A stretch of DNA of 64,000 nt from Lophium mytilinum (Eukaryota). Below the pieces are notes generated by a model. That model saw nothing but the letters and a program-made list of their open reading frames with translations, did no database searches and had not been told where the DNA came from. This document shows positions 11,608 through 23,867 of the stretch, one piece after another. Made by a program: the position numbers and the translations under genes. Where the stretch lies: the NCBI GenBank assembly GCA_010093605.1, contig MU004188.1:65673-129672 (forward strand), in the 5' to 3' direction. Position 1 is the stretch's first letter, and the number at the start of each line of letters is the position of its first letter.

Positions 11608-14058
11608 CTACCCATAAACCACCTGTCCTTTCCCTAAACTTACCCACTCCCCATCGGCACCCAACCCCTTCGGCACACCCAGCGCACACGTCCGATCCGC
11701 CACCCTCCAAGTCCCCCCTGGATTCGCCTCCATCCTCACACCCCTCAACTGTTTCGGGACATTCCCATGCTCAAACTGCCAAGGTGGATTGTCGAAGTCT
11801 TTAACACCGTGCTGCACATTCCGCAACTCCTGTCTCCAAGCCTGATTTTGAGAATACGCACGGAACGCCTCGGGTTTCGCCAACGGGGAGTAGGGCTCTA
11901 AGTGCCAGATCATGTTCTCAAACCACGGCGCATCTTTCAGCGCGACGGGTATGGCGAGGGTGTAGCGGGGGTAGAAGACAGGGCCGAGGGTGAGCCTGGA
12001 GGGTCCGATGGGGATACGCGAGCAGCCGGAGAGAGCGGAGCGGAGGCGCGGGTCGGAGAGATACGTGAGGTATTTATGGAGGGGGTCGGTATAGCGGGCG
12101 CAGAAGGCATCAACATCGGATTCTTCTTGATCTTGGGCTATGAGGTAAATGAGGAGGGTGGTTGCTTCGAATAGGGATGGCTCCGGGGGGTGGATGATGG
12201 GCTCGCTGGGAAAGAGGAGTTCAAGACTTGTTTCATCTTCAATAGAGGCAAGAGCGTCCACCACCCAGTCCATGCCGCATTCCATGATGCAATCAACAGA
12301 GCTAGCGAGGAAGAAGCGGAGCTGTACGATTTGCGATTCTAGTGGTATCCGGTCCGCAGTTCTGACTTCGTGGCGGCCCCATTTGTAGATGAAGTCGCCG
12401 ATATTGTGCCCAGATGTTGTTTCGAGAAGTAAGTCGGACGTTTCGAGAGCCCTAGGAGAGGGAATAATTGTCTCAACCGGCTTCTGAATAATAAGTAGGT
12501 CCAAGGTGATGCTTTCATGCGATATCGCCTGTATTCCATGTTGCAGTGAAAGTGGCTGGTACGACACAGGCATATACCTCTCAACGTACGGCCGGCGGAT
12601 CCAGGAGTTCACCCAGTGACCGTGTTCCAAGTCGACTGCGTCTACCCTGCCTCCTGTCTCCTCAATCCCGTTCATCGCGCCTCCGCCAGCTCCCGCGTCG
12701 GATCCATTCAGCTCTTCCTTGCCATGAGCGTCGGCGTCTGCGTCGGCATCGTGCCGGACCCTGGCTACCTGAAGACTCTCATCTTTTATGAAGCTTTGAA
12801 CCCAAGGCCCCTTTTGAGATAGAATTGACAAGTCGCCTGTGGCTACAGCCAGGGCGGAAATCTTGTAATAGCACTCGTCCAAAGTCGTGGCGGTGCCTGT
12901 GAAGTATATTCCAATACCACACAAATTTAGGACAATGGAAATCATGTCGCCGACGTAGAAACACGTGGTGAGGCAGTCGAGGAGGTAGAGCTCTTTCGTG
13001 AGGCTGAAAGAGCCTCTCTGGTACCCTTTCTGAAGTGGAGACTTTTGGGCCAGTCGCGCAATTTGCGTGCCACCTAGATTGCTAACAACGCCCTCATTCT
13101 GATTCGTGAGAAGGCGGCTGACGGTAGATAAGGTATCGAGGAGGGAAAACAGTGTCCAGTCTATCGTGGCAACGGTTCCATCCTCGCAGTATACCAGAAA
13201 CAGCCGGTCGTTGGTGAGGGTTGTGTCAACAAAGTTACCGAAGGCCGTGTCTTCGAAATGTGGATGTACCCGAAATTCATGATGGCACCATGACCTTGTA
13301 AACCAGCGTGCGGAGCGCACTTTCGAACAAAGAGCGATCATGATGCTATGATCTGCTGGGGACAGATTCATTACGCGGAATACGATCTCGAGCGCTTTTG
13401 TCCCGGACGCCTCTCCATTCTCGTCGGTGAACGCAGCATTCTGCAAGGCTATCACTTTCACAAGTCTTGCATGGCGCCGAATAAACAGTTCCTCTTCCTT
13501 GGAGAGTATGATGTCTTCTAGGAGGATGAGGATTTGCCTTGCGCTATTATAGATTATGTCCATAGAGCCTATGGCGATTTTCTTTTCTTCGTTGTTCTTT
13601 TGATCAATACACAGAGCATCAATCCAAATGCCCTCGTCAGCATGAGCACGAAGTTCCAAGATGCGCTGAACCATCGCTATTGAGATTGGCCAAGGAAGAA
13701 GAGCTGGGCGATGTTGAGAGGGGTTCCAAGTCTCGGATGGCCAGCAGTAGCTAAGAGCGACGAAAGACGGAACCAGCTCGGTTGGATTGGAAACGACTGC
13801 AGACTGGTTCGGGAGCATCATTCGTAAAGTTAACTGATCAAGAGCGACCGGTTTCAGCTGAAATTCTTTGGCCAGATCGGCGTTTATCCGCCGCAGACTG
13901 TTGAGCGTCGCTTCCGCGTCATCCTTGCTTTCCATGGATTTCGCAACAGAAGTGTTGAGAAGATGGATCTTGTTTTCGTTAGATAGCTTGCAAAGAGCCC
14001 ATCCTTCTCCAGAGGGCGTGGAAGTGTTGAAAGGGCTGGGTTCGAGACATCGTTCCAT
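11608..14058 (-). CDS. HET domain (heterokaryon incompatibility) protein, 816 aa, intronless
   Basis: HET motifs FVALSYCW, IWIDALCIDQ..EEK..AIGSMDIIY and RWFTRSWC in a long uninterrupted ORF. Confidence 0.9.
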   Translation of the reverse strand: MERCLEPSPFNTSTPSGEGWALCKLSNENKIHLLNTSVAKSMESKDDAEATLNSLRRINADLAKEFQLKPVALDQLTLRMMLPNQSAVVSNPTELVPSFVALSYCWPSETWNPSQHRPALLPWPISIAMVQRILELRAHADEGIWIDALCIDQKNNEEKKIAIGSMDIIYNSARQILILLEDIILSKEEELFIRRHARLVKVIALQNAAFTDENGEASGTKALEIVFRVMNLSPADHSIMIALCSKVRSARWFTRSWCHHEFRVHPHFEDTAFGNFVDTTLTNDRLFLVYCEDGTVATIDWTLFSLLDTLSTVSRLLTNQNEGVVSNLGGTQIARLAQKSPLQKGYQRGSFSLTKELYLLDCLTTCFYVGDMISIVLNLCGIGIYFTGTATTLDECYYKISALAVATGDLSILSQKGPWVQSFIKDESLQVARVRHDADADADAHGKEELNGSDAGAGGGAMNGIEETGGRVDAVDLEHGHWVNSWIRRPYVERYMPVSYQPLSLQHGIQAISHESITLDLLIIQKPVETIIPSPRALETSDLLLETTSGHNIGDFIYKWGRHEVRTADRIPLESQIVQLRFFLASSVDCIMECGMDWVVDALASIEDETSLELLFPSEPIIHPPEPSLFEATTLLIYLIAQDQEESDVDAFCARYTDPLHKYLTYLSDPRLRSALSGCSRIPIGPSRLTLGPVFYPRYTLAIPVALKDAPWFENMIWHLEPYSPLAKPEAFRAYSQNQAWRQELRNVQHGVKDFDNPPWQFEHGNVPKQLRGVRMEANPGGTWRVADRTCALGVPKGLGADGEWVSLGKGQVVYG

Positions 14059-14731
14059 GATTCAGTTCTTGTGGGTGGTCTGGTCTGGTCCACTCGAGCG
14101 ACAAAGCGTTGAAGACCGCTCTCAGAGTCCAGATTGGAGATACATAAAATGCGCCTGAAGGTGTAGAGATTGCAAAGAGCGGGCTGAAGACGGTGTAGAT
14201 ACACACCACCTGTAGAGTTGGTAGCTGAAACTTCGTCTTATTCGGGTCTAGACTGGGTATGTGGCGCTAAAAAGGAAACAGAGATAATACGTGTAAGAAA
14301 AAGACGACACCCTCTCTGGCGGCAAGCTGGACCGTGTTCTACTCACGTTACTCAGCGCAATCCCCTGGCCGTTGCTCTCTTCGCCTTCTTGCCTATCTGC
14401 GTTGATGAGCTTGCCCAAGAAAATGCGCCCTTCTAGCGACCCTCCCATGGCTTGTCGAAGCTGTGAATAGATCAGCGGAGGAAGAATCAGAAAGTCACAG
14501 ACAAAACGTGCAAAGCTCTTGTTTTTCCGCAATGCAGTCTCAGGTAGAAAAGAATCTCTGGTCATCACTTCTGCGCAAGATGTCTCAAATTAGCACCCGT
14601 TTCTTGTACATTTAAGGCCGGGTATAGTTAAACATTACTGAATTAGCAGATGCATGCTAAAGACGATGTTATTTAAGATGCCGGATGCGACAGCAGATAT
14701 TCCATGTCTTCAACATATACAAGACCGTTGC

Positions 14732-15439
14732 TCACTGAGCTTCTTGGAGTAGCTTTCTTCCTTTCTGCACCATTTCAGAGTTCTCAATGACAGGCTGTCT
14801 CGCCCCGTTCACCACCAAATCTGCCACAGTCGCCCCCACCTCTTCGCCTCTAATCGCCAAACTGGTCCCGAATACGTATTCCGTCACCCTATTCAGGAAC
14901 GCGTCGCCACCAAAGAGTATACCCCCAGGCCTGATGATGAGGGCCTCCCAAACATCACGATGAGCCTCTGCAAACTCCAGCGTCTTCGTGGCAAGCAAGC
15001 CTTTCATCCGCCGTTGATCCCACAAAAAGAACAGCCAGCGGGATTGATCCGACTCCACAAATGCGCCTGATAGGAGAATGAATCGGAACTTTCTACTCCT
15101 TCCTTCCCGGTTTTCTGAGGATGCGAGGAGTCTTTTCGCAAAAGCTTCCTGGAAAGCGAGAGGATATTTCAGGTTGACGTCCTCGTTCAGGTTGTAGGTG
15201 CCCATTGCCCAGACAAGGGCGTGTGCGTCCTGAATCTTCTCCCACGTTTCGTCCGGCACGGTTTCCAAGTCGCCAAAGTCTGGTATGATGACGTTTTGGA
15301 CTTTTTGGTTTTGTATGCTGGTGTTCGGGAGCGGTCTTCTGGTCAATGCGATGACCTGGGTTATGCCGTCCCGTCGAACGGCTTGTTGCAGAATCATGCC
15401 TCCGATGGCGCCCGTTGCGCCGACGATGAGGACCTTCAT
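14732..15439 (-). CDS. NAD(P)-binding Rossmann-fold protein (atypical SDR), 235 aa
   Basis: N-terminal MKVLIVGATGAIGG, ALTRR and IIRPGG motifs. Confidence 0.88.
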   Translation of the reverse strand: MKVLIVGATGAIGGMILQQAVRRDGITQVIALTRRPLPNTSIQNQKVQNVIIPDFGDLETVPDETWEKIQDAHALVWAMGTYNLNEDVNLKYPLAFQEAFAKRLLASSENREGRSRKFRFILLSGAFVESDQSRWLFFLWDQRRMKGLLATKTLEFAEAHRDVWEALIIRPGGILFGGDAFLNRVTEYVFGTSLAIRGEEVGATVADLVVNGARQPVIENSEMVQKGRKLLQEAQ

Positions 15440-16485
15440 GTTAGAGATTCGAGAGGGACGAACTTGATCGTGGCTACCGCGGAAGAGAAGGAAACAAAAA
15501 CGACGAGGGGATTAAGATGGTCTTATGAATGGTACACCGTCCTCGCCGGACGAAAACCGCGATTCTAAGTTAAGCCCCAGCAAAGATTGTCGTCAACCAG
15601 CCATTTTGAGCGGCTAGCGGAAGCGGAGAGCATGGACATGCCATCATTTGCAGGCGGACCTTCGATTAACCGGAACTACGAGTATCACGGAGGACACATA
15701 TCATCTAGCAGGGCGTCGCCTAGGTAGATGAAGGGGCGTTGTTACGGACACAGCAAAAGAACGGCATCAATCACGTGATATGACCCCGCAACACGGAACC
15801 GGGGAATCGGTCGACTTTCGGTCCGCAGCCCAAGAAGGTTCCTCCGACATGATGGATTACAGCATTTGAAGCATTGTGTTATCAAGATTGCTTACGCCGG
15901 ATACGAGCGCTTTTTGCCTAATGAAGATACTAACGAGCCCAGTTCCAGCAGCGCTTAGCCAATCAAACACCTTCGCAACCGAAAGCTTTTTGGTAATTGG
16001 GCTCTGGCTCGATAAAACACTTACCCTGAACAGCGCTATACGCCGCCGCTGTGCTAAAACTCTAAAACTCCGAAACTCATGTATGTAAGCGACCAGACGC
16101 CTTCGTAAGCGGTGGACGTCTTGAGATACCATTTCCATGCCACATACATATACACCTGCCTATCGTTCTTTTACTTCTTCTTTTCATCTTCTCAACTGCG
16201 ACATATTGTCGTTCACCGTATCCCCTCATATAATATAGAAGCTCCACTCCATTGCCTTCTAATCAACACCATATCCATATTCCTCCTCACTCTTCTCCCG
16301 TCCCCACCCATCACGTGTTGTGTTACTAGCGCCTAGTCAATCCATCTACATTACCATAGTCTTTCTCACCCAGGTAGGCCGCTCAATTCCAGTCCGACAG
16401 AAACAGACGTCTCAGTTCCAATCTAGTCCTATCACTTCCCACAAGTCCATCCCCATCAAACCCACCTCAACACCAAGGCCTCAAA

Positions 16486-16866
16486 ATGCCCGGCCCACCA
16501 GACGGTTTCGCAAAAACGTGGCCCAAGATCCTCCTCCAGGTCGAAGGCGCCTGCATCTTCGGATCCACCATCTGGGCCTATTCGCGCTTCAACCAATCAT
16601 GGTGGACCTTTGCCGGACTCCTGCTCCTCCCAGATCTAGGCATGGTCGGATACCTCCGCGACACCACTTTGGGAGCTGTGGTGTATAACTCGGTGCACAC
16701 GGAAACGCCACCTATTTTGCTATTGTGCACGGCGCTAGCACAGGGTAGTGAGAAGGGAGCTGGGTTGGCGCTGTGTTGGCTTGCGCACATTGGGATGGAT
16801 CGCATGCTGGGGTTCGGGTTGAAGTATGGGACTGCGTTTGGACATACGCATTTGGGGAATATCTGA
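16486..16866 (+). CDS. DUF4260-family small membrane protein, 126 aa
   Basis: Motifs LL.VEG, PDLGMVGY, GAVVYNSVH, WLAHIGMDRMLGFGLKY and F.HTHLG, recognised as the DUF4260 pattern. Confidence 0.8.
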   Translation: MPGPPDGFAKTWPKILLQVEGACIFGSTIWAYSRFNQSWWTFAGLLLLPDLGMVGYLRDTTLGAVVYNSVHTETPPILLLCTALAQGSEKGAGLALCWLAHIGMDRMLGFGLKYGTAFGHTHLGNI

Positions 16867-18654
16867 TTTAGATGGAAATGGAACGAAAGAGCCAGGATTT
16901 AAGGGATCAAGACAAAAACTCGTCGAAGCATGGAGGCTCAACTTCTCTATCCTCAGTTGACATTTTCTCAAGAGCCATGGGGTGTGTCCACGCCGCCCCA
17001 CATTCTGCAAGTCGTATTTTCGTTCTAGCAGTTAGTCAGTCACAGAGCGACATGTCTTCCCACTGGACGAGCCTTGTCCATCTTTGGATCGCGTCCTTGG
17101 AGGCCAGCAACGCTGAAGAAAAAAGTACCTTTGTGACACAGATAAATAGGAGGCCGTTCCATCCTAAAATTTCCGTACTATAAGATAGCACCTGAACGAC
17201 AGGGGAATCGTCCATTAATGTGACATGCGATTCCTGGTCAAATATCGAATAGTTGCTAAGAAGCCGCATATAAAGCGTATGTGGAGGTTCCCTTATATAC
17301 GCCCTTATCTTCGAGGGATGCGATTTGAGAAGAAAGAACTCGAAATGAGGATTCCGGACGAGGTTAATATCATCATTTACAGTGGTGGGTCGACATGGTG
17401 AGCGCTACGTCAATTTGTCAACGACCTATTACTCGCTGGTCCGCCATCGTCTATACATATCTCCGATGAAGTACCGAAGGAGTATCCAAAGCGACGCTGT
17501 TTTTAAGCGCTGTACTAGACAGGTGGACGAGAAGTGGCCGCTGTGCAATAGATGTAGTGAGACTCGCGTCCATTTTAGCGAGAGGTTTGTGCAGTTGCCC
17601 AGCGTTATCCCAGAAGGCAGTCGAGCTGAACTAGATAATCGTTGGATGAGTTACGTGAAGGTTGAAAGCGTATTGGGTCCTCTTCGAGGGCATCTCGGTC
17701 TATGTTGACCTTTTCGGGCCGAGAAAGCACTACGCGAAGAAGAAGTTCCACGTTGTTGCCCTAAACGGAGGGGTGAAGAAGGACCTGATAACGATTGATC
17801 TCCGGGGAACGAAAGAGGTTGCATAGCCGCGGAGAGCATGGCCGCGGAGAGCAGGGGAGGAGAACGGCACCCACTTCGACGATCCAGGGAATGATATCAT
17901 ACTTGCCACTATCTTTTTGAGATATGAGATGGACCTCACTTGTTATCCGCTGCGCAGCTAGTGTAGCGGTGGATCGACTATGACCCGATGCGGGGGAGAT
18001 TCGAGAGATGGTCGGGGGCCGATCACCACAACCTACAATCCACGGGTCGGCAATCGCTCTCACTTCTCCACATCCGGTATGGAGCATTCCGCGCAACCAA
18101 GAGAGTTGCTTTTTCCGCCTAGCAACATTGGTTCGATACCCCACCTCGCACTGTGCTTCTCAAAATCGACATCATTCCTTGGGGACTTGGGCTTTTTTGG
18201 AAGAAGATCCTCGTAACTAGCAGAGCAGTATCGAAGATCAGATACCGTCAAGGTTGCTGCCTCGAGTTTTCAAAACTCGTCAACAGATGCGTCGTAATAC
18301 ATTAGCATAGATGTCCTTGGCAGGTTGACGTCGTTAAGTTAGCCTTCCTAAGTTGCGTGCTACCGATTCTCATTATATTACGTCGAAAGAGAGTATCTTG
18401 TAGGCCATGATGCTTTGACAAGTGGATGTGTAGCCTTCATCCACAGTTCACGAAGGCTGTCGTTCCATGCATGTTTCAGGCCCGTTACATATTTACTCAT
18501 ACACGAGGGTATATATATCTTTGAACGAATGTGCGTGATCATGTGCGGTAGTGAGGATAGATACCCTTCTATGAACCCCGGCCCGGTACGATCAAACCTC
18601 TATAGACCGAGCCGGAGCCGTTCAACGCTTCCAGAGATCGTGCCGACGCAACCC

Positions 18655-20996
18655 CTAAACCTCAAACACCTGAGTAACGATACTCGGTCTCCGCTGGGCC
18701 CGATCCGCGCGACGCTTCTCAACGTTCTTGGCGTCGTTGGCCGCAATGATGTCCTCACCCGTCTCGGGGTGGTCCATCATGGACTCGTTGTGCGGGAAAA
18801 ATCGATTAAAGCCCCAGTAAAAGACGCCAGCGGCGACAAAGGAATAGAGGTAACCGATGTTGAAACTGCGCAAGTTCAAATGTCAGCCTAGCTCCAACCA
18901 AGGTGCGCTCGATGTAGACCAGCGGCAAACTCCTTGCGGTTTGCCGGCAATTCACTTGCGGGGAAAGAAGGGAGTACACTTACAGGCGCTGCCCGCCTAT
19001 AGAGACGGTGGTCTTACCCAAGCCTGCCACAACAATGTTGTTGACGAAGCCAGGGAGCGGGGGAATGCAGCCGATGAAGAAGGCGACGACGGCGCGCCAG
19101 TTGGTCGCGTATCTGGGCGAGTAGCGGTAGATGCCATGGAAGTTGTACATGTCGGGTACGGACACGTTACCCTTTCGGACGATGTAATAGCTGCGACACA
19201 AGGCAAACGCATTAGTGGACATAGACGTAGCAGGTGGGATTGTGGGCGACGAACTCAGTCATGAGAATGGAAGTCATGGGACCCAGGAAGATGGTATAGC
19301 CGCCGAGGAAAGCAAGGAACTTGGCGGCCGATGCGAGGATTTTCCACTGTGGCTGTGGTTAGCGGGGTAATCATAGCTTTGCACAAGGCAGATCGACGTA
19401 CTGGAACGAAGCCCCAGCTACCAATGACGGCAGCAAGCAATTGACCACGGCGAATGTTGATGTACTTGGGGCAGAACGACATGAGGTCGTTGGCCGCGCT
19501 GATGGAGTTGGCCGAGATGTTAATACCGAGGGTAACAATGATCAAGCCGATAGCACCAAAGGCAGCAGCGGCGCGGCCACCGTGGGACCCGGATGCCATC
19601 CACAGATTGATGATTTCGATAGGGTTCCAGATGATTTTGCCATACGCCGTCTCGGCGGCCGCGGCAGTGAAGATGCCAAGCAGGCCAACAATAGCTGTCG
19701 ATCCAGATGATTAGCGAGCTAGTCGTGGGAATGTGCTGCGGGAAACTCACTGAAGATGATAGGGATGACCAATGCTTGGACGTTCTGTGCACTAGGTTTG
19801 TTGGCGTATCTCGAAAAATCGGCGATGTTGAGGCCCAAGGTGGCGTAGTTGCCCAACACTCCGTTGAGATCTGCAAGAGAGACTCTGGTTAGAGAGAAGC
19901 GAGGGATGATGCGGGTACAGAGCATCACTTACTGGCGAAGAAAGCCCAAGCAAGGGCCGAACCGCTCACGGTGGGGCCCTGGGTGATAACGGTACTATGG
20001 CTGATGGTGCCGCCGGCCTTGTGCAACGTGTCTCCGAAAATGGCCAAGAAGATGATGGGTGCAATAATACTCTTGAAGCCGAAGAAGTATTGGACCTTGA
20101 TCATGTTAGTCGGGTGCGTGGACCGAGTGGAGGGGGTTAGCGGGCCATACCTTAGTGTAAGGGATGCATAGGAAGGGAAGCTGAAGTAGGAAGTAGAGCA
20201 CAAAGCCACACATTCCAGCCGTGGTGATGCCCTCGTCGGCGGGTATGTGATTGGGGATGTGTGCAAAGCTTGGCCAGATGGCTGTGAGCAAGACGGTCAT
20301 GCATTGACCGCCAGTCGTAGTTTGGACACTGCATACAGTGAGCTTTCTGAAGTGATGAAGGGAATGGTTGGACAAACTAACCCGAGCCAGACGATGGCGA
20401 GGACGCAGCGGGACAGGACAACGAAGTAGCTGAAGTAGTAACCAAAGGGCATGCGTGCGAGAACGGGGAATGGCGTGTGAAGCTATTCCAGGTAAGCTCG
20501 GCTCGGTCTTGGTGAAAGGAACAACCTACGGTGGCACCCATTCTGCCATTGACAGTAATAACGAGACCCATGATAGTGTTGCCGAGAACACAGGCGCCGA
20601 TGGCCATTCTCCAGCTGAGGCCGACGGCAATCATGGAGGAAGCTGCACCACCAACGTATCAGCATCGCTGCGCTACTGGTCTACACGGGCGAAACATATT
20701 GCGGGGTACTCACCAACTTCCCAATTCGAAACAGCCCAGGCGTCGGCCATCCAGTAGGCGACATAGGCGCCCCAGTTCCAGGTGCGTTTCGACGGAGGAA
20801 TTGGGTCGAAGTCGGCATTGGAGGCTCTCGGGGTGGCAGCAAAGCTGCTCTCCTCTTGACGGACCTCGAGACTGAAGCCGGGCAGACGTCTCTTGATACC
20901 GGACACGTGACCGGTAGCGGGGACGGGGTCGACGGCGGAAGCGGCTGGGGAGCCATTCTTCTCGTCGTAGAAGCCCTTGTTATCCTCGGATGCCAT
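18655..20996 (-). CDS. NCS1 nucleobase:cation symporter (Fur4/Dal4-like uracil/allantoin permease), multi-exon
   Basis: Exon fragments SNADFDPIPPSKRTWNW, IAVGLSW, NIADFSRYA, NISANSISAANDL..PKYINIRRG and NWRAVVAF; many short GT-AG introns. Confidence 0.9.
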
Positions 20997-23400
20997 GGTG
21001 TGTGATGGTGGAGGAGGTGGTGGTGGATGGGAGAGAGTCGAGGCAAGGCGGACTCGAGGTGAACGGAAGCGAAGACGGGGAAGCACGGTGGAAGGTTCGA
21101 TATATAAATGAGGTCGCGGACCTTCAAGATAAGCAGAAAAAAAGGAAGATCAGCCCTGGCTTAATGCAGTTGATCGAGAACCCCCATCATCACCCTTGGC
21201 GTGTCATCGGGACCTGGAGAGGATCGAGGATGCGGCCGATCAGCTGTCAGAAGATAAGGGCACAAGGGTTTGGCGGCCAGTGCCTATCAAGCGGGGGGAC
21301 CCAGGTTGCTCGACCTCACGAACGGTGCAGAACTTCGACGCCACCGTCGCCAGAGTCGTGTGCGCAACGTATGATGGACGTCGGGGGAGGTTGTGCATGT
21401 AGATACCAGGGTGCTAGTGGCAGGCTTTGGGTGCGGAGGCGGCAAGAATGACGAGCGGCGCGCTGTTACTCGATGCCATCAAGCAATGCCCAAGCGGACC
21501 AGCCCACCATCTTATCACAAGCGGCTGGGCGGCCATGCCCGATTGGCGATGCGCATGGAATCCGCCGCCCAGGGTCTTGGGGCGCCGGGCAAGGGCTCGC
21601 ACCCGCAAACTGCAGCCCTGTGGCCCGTTTGCTGGTGTTTTGCTGTGGTTAGTAGTTCCTATCGAGTCAACCAGCTATCTGTATATCTCGTCTGCCTGAC
21701 GCTTCTCGATAGGCGTCGACAGGGGCCCTACTACCCTAACCCTAACGACACTGCGTTGCAACGTCCTGGGACACCTGCGACGAGTCTTCCTGGTCATCAT
21801 GGCGGCGCAAACGTGGCCAGGCCAGGGTCCGTCGGTAAAAAGCATTTTAGGTTTCTCAATACACAATTGACTTCACGATGGATATCCGGCGCCGTGCATA
21901 TGCCTCTAGAACACTCCAGCGCAGAGCCTGCTACCTCCAGCTCGCAGCTCTGCGGAAGAGCATGCCGAGTCGCCAATCACGGTGTTGGGCTGTCGGTCGC
22001 TGTTTGTCAACGCATGAGTATGATATGAAGTGCTGTGGTGTTGGTACAGTTACAAAGATACACCTGAGGTTGCCAACAGCCCGCCGCGTGCACCTTCCAA
22101 TCGGCCGAGGCCCCCAGAGTTGAGGCGTTCGGTTGTGGAAGCGGCATCCCGCCTAGTCTAACCCCAAACAAGCTGGCGTCATATGGCCCCACAGCCGAGC
22201 TGGTGGTGTCGGCTTCTCCGGGCTTACCTACTGTCACCCAACTCTCACAACCACCCTCTCCCAGCTCTCTCAATCGCCCAGTTCTACTAATCAAACCCAA
22301 CATGGCGGCTCGCCGCATTCAATATACCACCTGGGACTAGTCATAGAGCCTCACAGGCCGTGGAACGAACAAGCATCATGACCGCGTCTGATCCTAGGGA
22401 AAATGCCCGCATGAAACTTCTCCACAAAGATGAAACAAATGCCAAATTTGGAATCACGAAGCAAAAGGCTGTAGACGTGGAAGCCAAAACCACACCGTTT
22501 GGTTGAATTTAGTGTCGCATCTTGCCGGACTCATACAACCACCACCAATAACGGTGGATGGCGCGTAGCAGACATTCCAGCTGACAGGCGAGCCGCTTTC
22601 GAGTCGAAGTGACCTGCTACCAATACTACAGCGCCAGCACACAAGCCATGGGCTCCGAAAATCCAGTCTTTCAAAGTCATTAGTAAACCACACGTAGCAG
22701 TCAGGTTAGACCAAAAGCTCACTTCTTGCGCTTTGAAGACGTGTACTGCAATGGATACGAGGGACATGATTTGGAAGGTCCTACGTATAGGGAATGGCCT
22801 CGAAACCTCGCCATTACACGACATCCTTGATGGCAATGTACCGCCGCACTGAATACTGGAATTTCCCGACGTAGGGTGGAATCTACACGAAAGTCAGGAC
22901 AACACCAGTCCAGGATATATTACATGATCACAGTTATGAAAATGCGCTGTCGTTCGTGCGGGCTTCTGTGGCAACAATAGAGAGCGAGTCTTGTCTCTCT
23001 CATCTCGGAATTCTCTCCACGACACGTACATACAGGTCCCCGGGGTTTTGAGACAAACGGAGCTCGAGAGACTGCGGATGGGCAATCGATGCTTTGAGCG
23101 ACTCGTTTTTCCGTCCTTCTCGTCCTTCTAATGTAGTTCGGGACTACTAAAGACTTGATCTGGGCGCGCTTACCGAAAACGCTTGGTTATTTGCCGGATT
23201 TGCTGTCGCTCGACACATTTTATGGTCCAAAGGAGCTTCTAAATATCTTTTCCTGCTCTGCGGAGGATGTTTGGCGTAGCGACCGGAGCAGTCTATCAGC
23301 ACCTAATCTACTAGAGGTTAGCTAGATACAGATATAGCTAGGTGACCCGCACTTAGGCGCTAGCGTCCTCGCCGTCGGCGCCACGCCGCGTGGGACGTCA

Positions 23401-23483
23401 CTCTACCTCCACGCGACTTTGCTCGACCTCACTTGACTCTGCTCTACCTCCACTCGACATTGCTGTACCTCGACGCGACTTTG
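23401..23483. repeat. Four imperfect ~21-bp tandem repeats
   Basis: ctctacctccacgcgactttg / ctcgacctcacttgactctg / ctctacctccactcgacattg / ctgtacctcgacgcgactttg. Confidence 0.75.
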
Positions 23484-23867
23484 TCACCGTAAATACACCT
23501 AACTGCCTGCTCTACTTCTTGCTCCCAACCATGCACTTCCTTGCCCGTGACATCGGGTCTTAGCAACCGCCAATGTACGAGAATCAGGTGACTCTCGTAT
23601 GCACGTGCAACTCTCGTACAACGTCAACGTCATGCGCAGATGGATACTCCAGCTGCACCCAGCCCCACGCGAGATATGCCTCGCGCTCCTGGAATACCGC
23701 ACTTGATCGTCTTCCTCGCTGTGTGCTGGATAACGGTAGGTGCCAATGTTCGCTAGACCGGTGTACGTGAAGCACGCGCTCAGTGCATCTAGCTGCAGGT
23801 ACGCGCCTTTGAGGATTAATCCGGCACAGAGCTTTGGAGAGCCTCTGCTCCAATTTCCATTCGCACA

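Noticed and set aside
17382..18251. Short ORFs including a partial Zn-cluster-like string (DEKWPLCNRC)
   Set aside because: The Cys pattern is incomplete and no coherent gene model can be built.
21734..21745. CCCTAACCCTAA telomere-like motif
   Set aside because: Only two units; expected by chance.
21196..23085. Many 60-210-aa ORFs between the NCS1 and HypA-like genes
   Set aside because: No domain motifs or consistent splicing; probably a long promoter or intergenic region.
23401..23483. CRISPR-like array
   Set aside because: The repeats are contiguous with no spacers, the context is eukaryotic and there are no cas genes.
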